11,624 nucleotides of DNA from an archaeon (GCA_035387745.1 DAOOON010000017.1:1-11624); one strand, 5' to 3'. Positions 1 to 6,185 are shown, counted from the stretch's first letter. Numbers and translations are program-made. The notes: a model not told the origin generated them from the sequence alone.

Positions 1-385
1 CTAGACAACAGCCAATTGGAATTAATAATCTGTAATATTTTTCTTTAAAAAGAATTATTGAAAGCAAAAATGAAACCAGAAAAACAAACGAGAGAAGAAT
101 AAGCCAACCAGGCGTGTGAAAATAAAAACCAATTTCTAAAGGGGAATTGGAAGAGTTTATTAACCACACGCCTGTATAGTTCTGCTCAAGTATTCTAAGA
201 AGAGAACCAAAGAATACAAAGACAAGCACTCCCCAAAGAAAGTGCTTGTCAATCTTTACAAATGAAGCATATTTTTTGATTGCCTTGTAAAATAGATAAT
301 AACCCGTAAACACTATTGCCGCATAGACTGTGGTATTTACTAGATTATATCCTCCCCCTACAAAATACTCTAAAATATGCTCCAT
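1..385 (-). CDS. Integral membrane protein, N-terminal 128 codons only (runs off the window start); possibly DUF63 family
   Basis: Not in the supplied track. Hand translation of the minus strand from ATG 385..383 gives 128 sense codons with no stop down to position 2: MEHILEYFVGGGYNLVNTTVYAAIVFTGYYLFYKAIKKYASFVKIDKHFLWGVLVFVFFGSLLRILEQNYTGVWLINSSNSPLEIGFYFHTPGWLILLSFVFLVSFLLSIILFKEKYYRLLIPIGCCL. An in-frame TAA lies upstream at 425..427 with no other ATG between. There are at least three hydrophobic helix-length segments. The GYNxVNTxxYA ... R-x-L ... TPG pattern resembles archaeal DUF63 proteins from memory, so the family call is tentative. Confidence 0.72.
   Translation of the reverse strand, partial: MEHILEYFVGGGYNLVNTTVYAAIVFTGYYLFYKAIKKYASFVKIDKHFLWGVLVFVFFGSLLRILEQNYTGVWLINSSNSPLEIGFYFHTPGWLILLSFVFLVSFLLSIILFKEKYYRLLIPIGCCL
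109..174. repeat. 66-nt nested palindrome closed by a perfect 10-bp GC-rich inverted repeat (CAGGCGTGTG / CACACGCCTG)
   Basis: Arm 109..118 is the exact reverse complement of 165..174. Inside it, 121..126 AATAAA pairs with 156..161 TTTATT. Further inside, 129..136 CCAATTTC pairs with 143..150 GGAATTGG (7 Watson-Crick pairs plus one T/G), with loop 137..142. That is about 24 paired positions in 66 nt. It lies wholly inside the DUF63-like CDS. Confidence 0.9.
221..250. repeat. Perfect 10-bp inverted repeat / hairpin (GACAAGCACT - 10 nt loop - AGTGCTTGTC)
   Basis: 221..230 is the exact reverse complement of 241..250, with loop CCCCAAAGAA. It lies inside the DUF63-like CDS and encodes DKHFLWGVLV on the minus strand. 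On the minus strand it is followed by the T-rich TTTGTATTCTTTGG. Confidence 0.9.
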
Positions 386-407
386 TTAAATTATTTTAGA
401 TTTTAAA

Positions 408-419
408 TTATATATAAAA
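408..419. promoter_or_regulatory. Putative shared archaeal TATA element for two divergent, probably leaderless genes
   Basis: TTATATATAAAA sits in the 53-bp divergent spacer 386..438. Its TATATA core (about 411..416) lies roughly 26-28 nt from both the minus-strand ATG at 385 and the plus-strand GTG 439 / ATG 445. No Shine-Dalgarno motif is visible on either side. The genome is AT-rich, so TATA-like strings are common. Confidence 0.35.
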
Positions 420-438
420 CCCAGTTATTGATTTTTTT

Positions 439-1476
439 GTGAAAATGAAAATGAACACCATAAAAATTGCAAAAAAACAAGCACAAGAAGTAATTGCTAA
501 ACTAAGAGAAGAAAATAATCTTGATAATAGCTATAAGATTAAAAGACTTGAAGAACATATAATTATACCTGTACTTAAGATTACGTCGGAACTTAAGGAA
601 TTTGAAGTTGACGAAGAGCTAGAGAAACAAAAGAACATTAAAAAAAGCTTTAAAGATCTACTTCTTGAAGATGGCATCGCTCCTGAAATGGTATCCCAAA
701 TAAACAGCGCTTATGATATTGTTGGAGACATCATTATTATTGGAATTGACAAGGAATTAAAAGCATATTATCCTGCAATTGGAAAAGCATTACTAAAATT
801 ACATAAAAATGCAAGAACTGTTCTTAATAAGATTGGAGAACATAAAGGCATCTACAGAACACAAGATATGGAATTGGTGTCTGGAGTAGACACAAGAGAG
901 ACAATAATTAAAGAAAATGGCTGTAGAATTAAGATTGATGTTGAAAAAGTTTTTTGCTCTACAAGGCTTTCAGAAGAAAGAAGAAGAATTGTTTCTTTGG
1001 TTGAGAATGAAGAAACTATCGGAGTTTTCTTTGCTGGTGCCGGGCCTTTTGCGATTGCGATTGCAAAAAACAAAGAAGTTAAAGAAATTGTGGCTATTGA
1101 ACTTAATGATTTAGCAGTAAAGTATTTGATAGAGAATATTAAACTAAACCACGTTGAAGGCTTAGTAATACCTGTGCTTGGAGACGTAAAGATTGAGGCG
1201 GAGAAATATCCTGATTATTTTGATAGAACGATTATGCCCTTACCAAAATCTGCAGAACTGTTTTTGGATTCTGCAATCTTTTCTGCAAAAGACGGGGGCA
1301 TAATTCACATATATAAGTTTGTGCCTAAAGACGACCCCTACACAGAGACTGAAAAAGAGATTGAAGGAATTGCAAAGAAAAATAAGGTTATCCTAGAAAT
1401 AATGAGTAAAAGAATTATAAGAAGTTACTCCCCTTCAATTGTTCAGATTGTTATGGATTTAAAATTAAAGAAATAA
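439..1476 (+). CDS. trm5: tRNA (guanine37-N1)-methyltransferase, Trm5 family (class I SAM-dependent methyltransferase with N-terminal D1-like domain)
   Basis: 345 aa. The glycine-rich SAM loop is VFFAGAGPFAIAIA. Downstream are AIELN, GDVK and DRTIMPLPKSAELFLDSA. RLSEERRRI aligns by eye with the Trm5 SPRLggER segment. The C-terminus is KRIIRSYSPSIVQIVMDLKL. Overall it is collinear, from memory, with M. jannaschii Trm5. The track start is GTG 439, and ATG 445 or 451 are alternative starts. Confidence 0.88.
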   Translation: MKMKMNTIKIAKKQAQEVIAKLREENNLDNSYKIKRLEEHIIIPVLKITSELKEFEVDEELEKQKNIKKSFKDLLLEDGIAPEMVSQINSAYDIVGDIIIIGIDKELKAYYPAIGKALLKLHKNARTVLNKIGEHKGIYRTQDMELVSGVDTRETIIKENGCRIKIDVEKVFCSTRLSEERRRIVSLVENEETIGVFFAGAGPFAIAIAKNKEVKEIVAIELNDLAVKYLIENIKLNHVEGLVIPVLGDVKIEAEKYPDYFDRTIMPLPKSAELFLDSAIFSAKDGGIIHIYKFVPKDDPYTETEKEIEGIAKKNKVILEIMSKRIIRSYSPSIVQIVMDLKLKK

Positions 1477-1478
1477 CT

Positions 1479-3656
1479 TTATCTTTTCTTCTTTGTAATT
1501 TTCTTTCGAGATTTTACTTTTGGTTTTTCAACTTCCTGTGGCTGTTGATATCTTTTAAGTCTTGGATTTTCATTTCTTTGCTCTATTTCTTTTAGCTCTT
1601 TTAAATAGCTTTTTTTCATATCCTCATAAGTGAATTTACTTATGCGTCCTTCACTTAACTTCTTTTCTAATTCTAAAAGAGAAGATTGTATTTTCTGATG
1701 TCTGCTATTCCTACGAATTTCGTTATCTATGACAATTGCTATTATCATTAAAAACAAACCAATAGCAATTATCCAAAAAATGGTTGTGTCGTTGTTATTC
1801 TTATAAACATAAACCTTTTCTTGGGAAGAATTTACATTTGTGATGGTATTATTTTCTGTTGTTTCTTTTTTATCTGAATCTATAACCTCTATTACCATTT
1901 CTCCTTTATTATAATAATCTAAAATCTTGTTTTCAACATCATATAATTCAACAGAAAGACCAATAATTGACATTGCGATTTTAATGTTACTTTGAGCTTT
2001 TGTAGTGTTTTTATTCTTATAATAATTATAGCTTTTATAGTAGTGTGTTGCATGATCATAATACAATTTTGACCAAATATTTTTCTCTGTTTTTAAATTT
2101 TCTTCGGAACTTAAAAAAGTCATTGAGTTATATTTTGAGATAAATAAATTTTCATCAAACATTTCTGTATTTGTTTCTTTTCTAGAATTGATTACTGCTT
2201 TAGCAGATGCTGCATCATAAATTGAAGTAACGTACCAGCCCATTTCATAATCGGTTTTTGCGGCCTTTAATCTTCTTTGAATATCATCATCTTGTGAAAT
2301 GGTTGTATCTAACAAAACAATTTCGTTTTCTAAATTCACGATGTATTGCTGTGCTAATTCTTTAAATTCTGAACTCTCCACAAACTTTATATCCTCTTTA
2401 TCTGTCGAAACCCCAATATCTAAGAAATCATTTGCTATTTCTATCCAGCCAAGAGCATAACTATAATCCATAATTCTATCAAGTGGTGCTCCATCTTTAC
2501 TATTTTCCTTAATATCTTTGATTTTATTTTTTGCCCAAACAATTCTTTGCCTTGCACTTATACACCATTCAATTTTGTCTAAAGAACAAGATTTTGATCG
2601 ATTTTCTGTTAACTCTATTCTGTCTTCTATTTCTTTAAGTCTTAAATTATATATTGTAGAATCGGCGGTTAGAATAGAAGGATTACTTACCACTTCATCA
2701 ATTGCAATTAGATAAATCTTTGCAAGGAATGCTTCGTTTGCTGCAGTGTACAGATAATTCCCTGCGGAATATTTATGTGCATTAGATATCGACTCCTTGG
2801 AATAATCAACTAAAGACAATAGGCTTTGAACAGTTGAACTGTCTTTTATTTTACTAATATTAATGTTGCTTTCTGTTTTTTCTAAAACTTTGTTTGCATC
2901 AACTAAATATTTATCTACTAATGATCTCATTGGCTCTAGTGCTTTTGAATATTCAATTGGTGTTGGTGTATATTCTTGTTCTGTTGCTTCTTTTGTTAAG
3001 TTAATATCAATATCATCAATATCTATGGAAACATATTTTTGAATATCCTCTATGGTTTCAACCTCTATTATTTTCATGCCCCACTTATCAAATGCATATT
3101 CTGGAAGATCAACTATTTGAGAGTTTCCAGAATCTGTAGTTATTGCTTGCTTTCTTGTACCTATTGGTATCATAAATAATTTAATTCCGGTTTCTGCAGC
3201 TTTCTTTGCTTTTGCTCCAATCCCCCCAACTTCTCCAACATAACCATCTTCTGTTATGGTTCCAGTAATACTTACCTTTCCTGAAAGATCTTTATCGCTA
3301 AGCATAGAAACTAATAATAAAGACATTGCAGCACCTGCTGATGGTCCATCTATACTGCTTGCTGCAGATTGTATTTCAAATAAATAATCATATTTTCCTT
3401 TTGTGTCTTTTACTACCCTCTCTGCAGCATTTACTGCATTTCTTTCAGATTCTTGAGTTAATGAACCAACTTGAGAATTAACATTTGAATAAATTTTACC
3501 AGTTCCTGGTTCTATTTCAATAATTAGATTAGCATCCATGCCTGCATTAGAATTATTTACTGCAAAAATTTTCATTTGTGCTTTTGGGATATATGCAAAG
3601 ATGTTTGCAGATAGCATTATTAAAAACAGAAATATAAATATTATTTTTTTCTTCAT
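1479..3656 (-). CDS. Secreted/membrane-anchored Lon-type (MEROPS S16) serine protease without AAA+ module, plus about 410-aa helical ectodomain, C-terminal TM and SHOCT-like Lys-rich cytoplasmic tail
   Basis: 725 aa. The N-terminal signal peptide or anchor is MKKKIIFIFLFLIMLSANIFA. The Lon catalytic motif is DGPSAG (Ser106, codon 3339..3341). The GGIGAK lysine is Lys149 (codon 3210..3212), 43 residues downstream as in the E. coli Lon Ser679/Lys722 dyad. No Walker motifs are present. The TM IFWIIAIGLFLMIIAIVI lies near residues 625-643. The tail reads LLELEKKLSEGRISKFTYEDMKKSYLKEL followed by KPKVKSRKKITKKKR. It resembles archaeal COG1750-type secreted Lon-like proteases. Confidence 0.85.
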   Translation of the reverse strand: MKKKIIFIFLFLIMLSANIFAYIPKAQMKIFAVNNSNAGMDANLIIEIEPGTGKIYSNVNSQVGSLTQESERNAVNAAERVVKDTKGKYDYLFEIQSAASSIDGPSAGAAMSLLLVSMLSDKDLSGKVSITGTITEDGYVGEVGGIGAKAKKAAETGIKLFMIPIGTRKQAITTDSGNSQIVDLPEYAFDKWGMKIIEVETIEDIQKYVSIDIDDIDINLTKEATEQEYTPTPIEYSKALEPMRSLVDKYLVDANKVLEKTESNINISKIKDSSTVQSLLSLVDYSKESISNAHKYSAGNYLYTAANEAFLAKIYLIAIDEVVSNPSILTADSTIYNLRLKEIEDRIELTENRSKSCSLDKIEWCISARQRIVWAKNKIKDIKENSKDGAPLDRIMDYSYALGWIEIANDFLDIGVSTDKEDIKFVESSEFKELAQQYIVNLENEIVLLDTTISQDDDIQRRLKAAKTDYEMGWYVTSIYDAASAKAVINSRKETNTEMFDENLFISKYNSMTFLSSEENLKTEKNIWSKLYYDHATHYYKSYNYYKNKNTTKAQSNIKIAMSIIGLSVELYDVENKILDYYNKGEMVIEVIDSDKKETTENNTITNVNSSQEKVYVYKNNNDTTIFWIIAIGLFLMIIAIVIDNEIRRNSRHQKIQSSLLELEKKLSEGRISKFTYEDMKKSYLKELKEIEQRNENPRLKRYQQPQEVEKPKVKSRKKITKKKR

Positions 3657-3680
3657 TTATTCTCACTTTTTTATTACTTT

Positions 3681-4160
3681 CTAATAAACTGGCTTTGCTT
3701 TCTTATTATATAAAATATCAAACTTTTTAGTGGTTTCTAAAACATTTCTTCTTCCTTTCTTGTAAACTTGTATCAATCCTAATTCTTTAAGGGTAGGGAG
3801 ATGATCATTAGGTCTTCTTTTAGTAATCTTACATTGATCAACAGGAGAATTTAAGGCAATTAATGCTAATGTTTTTAATTCTGATTTTGTTAGTTGTTTA
3901 CCTGTTGCAAATACACTAAATTTAGCATAATCTGGCTTAAGTAGCATTTCTGCAGAATCTCCATCAATAATAATTTTAATTGCTGTATTCTTTTTTTCGT
4001 ATTCTTCTTTTAAATCTGAAAGTATTATTCTTATGACCTCTTTATCTATTTCTGGAAAGCTCTTTTCAATTTTTTTAATTGGGATGCTTCTCGGGCTCAT
4101 AAATAGTATTGCTTCAATTGCGCATTTAATATCTTCAAGGCTCTGTTTTTCTTTTGTCAT
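3681..4160 (-). CDS. scpB: Segregation and condensation protein B (ScpB)
   Basis: 159 aa. It has the typical ScpB N-terminus IEAILFMSPRSIPIKKI. The size fits two winged-helix modules (LTKSELKTLALIALNSPVDQCKI). It lies 10 nt downstream of scpA on the same strand. Confidence 0.82.
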   Translation of the reverse strand: MTKEKQSLEDIKCAIEAILFMSPRSIPIKKIEKSFPEIDKEVIRIILSDLKEEYEKKNTAIKIIIDGDSAEMLLKPDYAKFSVFATGKQLTKSELKTLALIALNSPVDQCKITKRRPNDHLPTLKELGLIQVYKKGRRNVLETTKKFDILYNKKAKPVY

Positions 4161-4170
4161 ATTTTCTCAG

Positions 4171-4842
4171 TTATAAAATTTTAATAAATATTTCTGAAAA
4201 AAAGTCTTCTTGCCAAGCATCTATCTTCTTGTCTTGTACAAGGAACAGGAGAGGTATAAAGTAATTTTCAACTATTAAGTATGGGTCTTTTTCAGATTTT
4301 GTAAAACTAGAGAAAAGAACCATATTATATTTGTCTGCGTTATCCTTTATTTCAGCTAATAGACTATCGCTTCTTTCAGAAAAATCAATTGTTCTTTTAG
4401 GAAGAACAAACTCTATTTCTTTTTTTTCTTTTAATTTTCTATCAACATTTTTCTTTGTTGGGGCATTCATCATGATATCAATAACATCAATTAACTCATC
4501 AAGACTAACTTGCCCTTCCTTTAATCTCATTGGTGTATTTAAATCAACAGAATTACTTAATATATAGTTGTCATCAGTTAATAATTTTAATTCTTCTTCG
4601 TTATTATCTGCGGCTGTTAATTTTAGAGAATATGCTTTAAGTTTAAGAAGAATTGCTGCAGCAAGCAAAGCATTAGCCGGAATAATTAGGTTTTCTTCTT
4701 TTAAATTTCTAATCTTTTCTAAATATAAATCTGTTAAATTAATCAAATCGACATTCCATATATCAATTTCATTAGACTTAACAAGATCATAGAGAATGAT
4801 TTTCCAGTTTGGTTGATCTATAATATTAATTAATTGTTCCAT
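4171..4842 (-). CDS. scpA: Segregation and condensation protein A (ScpA, kleisin)
   Basis: 223 aa. The N-terminal ScpA signature is IDIWNVDLINLTDLYLEKI...LIIPANALLAAAILLKLKA. It is followed directly by scpB. Confidence 0.84.
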   Translation of the reverse strand: MEQLINIIDQPNWKIILYDLVKSNEIDIWNVDLINLTDLYLEKIRNLKEENLIIPANALLAAAILLKLKAYSLKLTAADNNEEELKLLTDDNYILSNSVDLNTPMRLKEGQVSLDELIDVIDIMMNAPTKKNVDRKLKEKKEIEFVLPKRTIDFSERSDSLLAEIKDNADKYNMVLFSSFTKSEKDPYLIVENYFIPLLFLVQDKKIDAWQEDFFSEIFIKIL

Positions 4843-4859
4843 GTTTCTCTTATATTGCT

Positions 4860-5285
4860 TTATTTAACGATTATTCTCACAGAATCTGTTGCAATCTGAT
4901 ATCCATCACTTGCAGTTACTACTATTGTATAATTTCCGGGAGATAATTCGTTTGTGTCAGAACAGGTATTTGTTAAAATCTGTGTTGATCCGGCACTCCA
5001 ATTACAATCTACTGAACCGTTATTGTTTGTAAAACCGGCAGTAAACTGTATTTGGGTTCCAGCACTATATGTTCCATCAGATATTGGAGACATAATTTCT
5101 ACTGAAAATCTATTAATTGAATCAATAAATGTGTCTGTGGCATCATCTACATCATTATCGTTTTGATTTGAAATTGAAGAATTAAGATGATTAACATAGT
5201 ATACTCCAAAGATAACTCCACCAACTACTAACATTGCTAAAATTATTAAAATTTCTATAGATACTTGCCCTTTTTTATCAAACAT
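4860..5285 (-). CDS. Archaeal type IV pilin-like protein (class III signal peptide, DUF361-type KG/QxSxE motif) with C-terminal PKD/Ig-like beta-sandwich domain
   Basis: 141 aa. MFDKKG|QVSIEILIILAMLVVGGVIFGVYYV matches the prepilin-peptidase site (K/R)G followed by QxSxE and a hydrophobic helix. The C-terminal 85 aa (IQFTAG...CNWSAG...GNYTIVVTASDGYQ...VRIIV) look like a PKD-like fold with two Cys. An SD-like AGGGGT lies 5 nt upstream of the ATG. Confidence 0.8.
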   Translation of the reverse strand: MFDKKGQVSIEILIILAMLVVGGVIFGVYYVNHLNSSISNQNDNDVDDATDTFIDSINRFSVEIMSPISDGTYSAGTQIQFTAGFTNNNGSVDCNWSAGSTQILTNTCSDTNELSPGNYTIVVTASDGYQIATDSVRIIVK

Positions 5286-5334
5286 ATTTACCCCTTCAAA
5301 TTTAATTGACTACTATAGAATAATATTAACAATA

Positions 5335-5355
5335 GGTATATAAATATATTATACC
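5335..5355. promoter_or_regulatory. Palindromic GGTATA-N9-TATACC element carrying TATA-like boxes on both strands in the divergent pilin / KaiC-like spacer
   Basis: GGTATATAAATATATTATACC is read directly. It lies about 40-60 nt from both ATGs (5285 on the minus strand, 5395 on the plus strand). The function is inferred. Confidence 0.3.
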
Positions 5356-5394
5356 AAATATAATATACAAAAATAATTAAAAAAGGTGTAAAAA

Positions 5395-6105
5395 ATGAAA
5401 AGAGTACCAACAGGAGTAACAGGATTTGATGAATTAATACAGGGCGGAATGCCAGAAGGCGCAACAATTTTAGTTTCTGGTGGTTGTGGTTCTGGAAAAA
5501 CTATTTTTGCTACAACTTATATCTATGAAGGAGCAAGAAGATTTGGAGAACCTGGATTATTTGTTACTGTTGAAGACAATCTTAAAAATATAGTTTGGAA
5601 CATGGAAAACTTTAATTGGGATATTAAATCTTTAGAACAGAAAAATCTTATGAAGATTTACAGAATGCATATCGATCCAAGAAAAGACGTTGAATCACAA
5701 GTAGACAAAGAAATGGATATAATTTCTTCTATGGTTAAAGACATAGGGGCAACTAGACTTACAGTTGACTCCACTACTGCTTTTGGTGGTTGGATAAACG
5801 ATGCCGGTAGACTTAGAAATCTTTTGTTTAGATTTGGAGATTATTTAAAAGACTTAAACTGTACAACAATGATGACTACAGAAACAAACGGTGGGGCAAG
5901 AGACTTCTCTGCTTATGGTGTTGAAGAATTCGTAGTTGATGGTGTTTTTGCGTTATACTTTATTCCCCCACACAGAACTATATTTGTTAGAAAGCTTAGA
6001 GGAACAAAGCACTCTCCAGCAGTACATCCTTGTGAGATAACAACATCAGGCTTAGTTGTAAATCCAAGAGATGAAGTTTTATGGAGTGCTATTAAGCAAT
6101 ACTAG
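5395..6105 (+). CDS. Single-domain KaiC/RadA-like (RecA-superfamily) ATPase
   Basis: 236 aa. The N-terminus is VPTGVTGFDELIQGGMPEGATILVSGGCGSGKT (Walker A). Other motifs are LFVTVED, Walker B-like RLTVDS, and the C-terminal FVRKLRGTKHSPAVHPCEITTSGLVV typical of KaiC-like proteins. An SD AGGTG at 5384..5388 lies 6 nt before the ATG. Confidence 0.85.
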   Translation: MKRVPTGVTGFDELIQGGMPEGATILVSGGCGSGKTIFATTYIYEGARRFGEPGLFVTVEDNLKNIVWNMENFNWDIKSLEQKNLMKIYRMHIDPRKDVESQVDKEMDIISSMVKDIGATRLTVDSTTAFGGWINDAGRLRNLLFRFGDYLKDLNCTTMMTTETNGGARDFSAYGVEEFVVDGVFALYFIPPHRTIFVRKLRGTKHSPAVHPCEITTSGLVVNPRDEVLWSAIKQY

Positions 6106-6150
6106 AACCCCTTTAAAAAAGTGGTTTTCAGTCCCAAAACGACTGGTTGC

Positions 6151-6172
6151 TTATTTCTTTTTCTTATTTTTT
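6151..6172 (+). terminator. Oligo-T tract, likely archaeal terminator for the KaiC-like gene
   Basis: TTATTTCTTTTTCTTATTTTTT lies 46 nt after the stop. It is preceded by a weak hairpin, CAGTC-N7-GACTG, at 6129..6145. Confidence 0.4.
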
Positions 6173-6185
6173 AAAAACAGAAAAA
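6173..6185 (-). terminator. Oligo-T tract (TTTTTCTGTTTTT on the minus strand) directly after the lig stop codon
   Basis: The forward strand reads AAAAACAGAAAAA, immediately 3' of the ligase TAG (6186..6188) in a convergent spacer. Confidence 0.4.

Noticed and set aside
109-250. Interpreting the intragenic hairpins as an H/ACA or C/D box sRNA
   Set aside because: No ACA trinucleotide follows either stem on either strand. I could find no RUGAUGA/CUGA box pairs flanking them.
1040-1062. Short tandem GCGATT GCGATT repeat
   Set aside because: It simply encodes the AIAIA segment after the SAM-binding loop of Trm5. There are only two units.
852-1114. Track ORFs 852..1073 (-) and 917..1114 (+) inside trm5
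   Set aside because: They are short shadow or alternative-frame ORFs embedded entirely in a well-supported conserved CDS. Their products are low-complexity with no motifs.
2518-2715. Track ORF 2518..2715 (+), antisense to the S16 protease gene
   Set aside because: It is a 65-aa antisense shadow ORF with no start context or motif. The opposite strand encodes a continuous 725-aa protein.
4331-5166. Track ORFs 4331..4567, 4568..4792 and 4954..5166 (+), antisense to scpA and the pilin gene
   Set aside because: These Ser/Leu/Phe-rich antisense translations are typical of shadow frames in AT-rich genes. There is no independent support.
5395-6105. Calling the KaiC-like ATPase ArlH/FlaH (archaellum component)
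   Set aside because: No arlI/arlJ, archaellin or other archaellum genes are adjacent. Size and motifs alone cannot separate ArlH from other single-domain KaiC-like ATPases.
6121-6150. Small hairpins (CAGTC-N7-GACTG, or alternatively GTTTT-N7-AAAAC) in the convergent KaiC-like/lig spacer as a structured ncRNA
   Set aside because: The stems are only 5 bp and mutually exclusive. The adjacent oligo-T tracts already explain termination.
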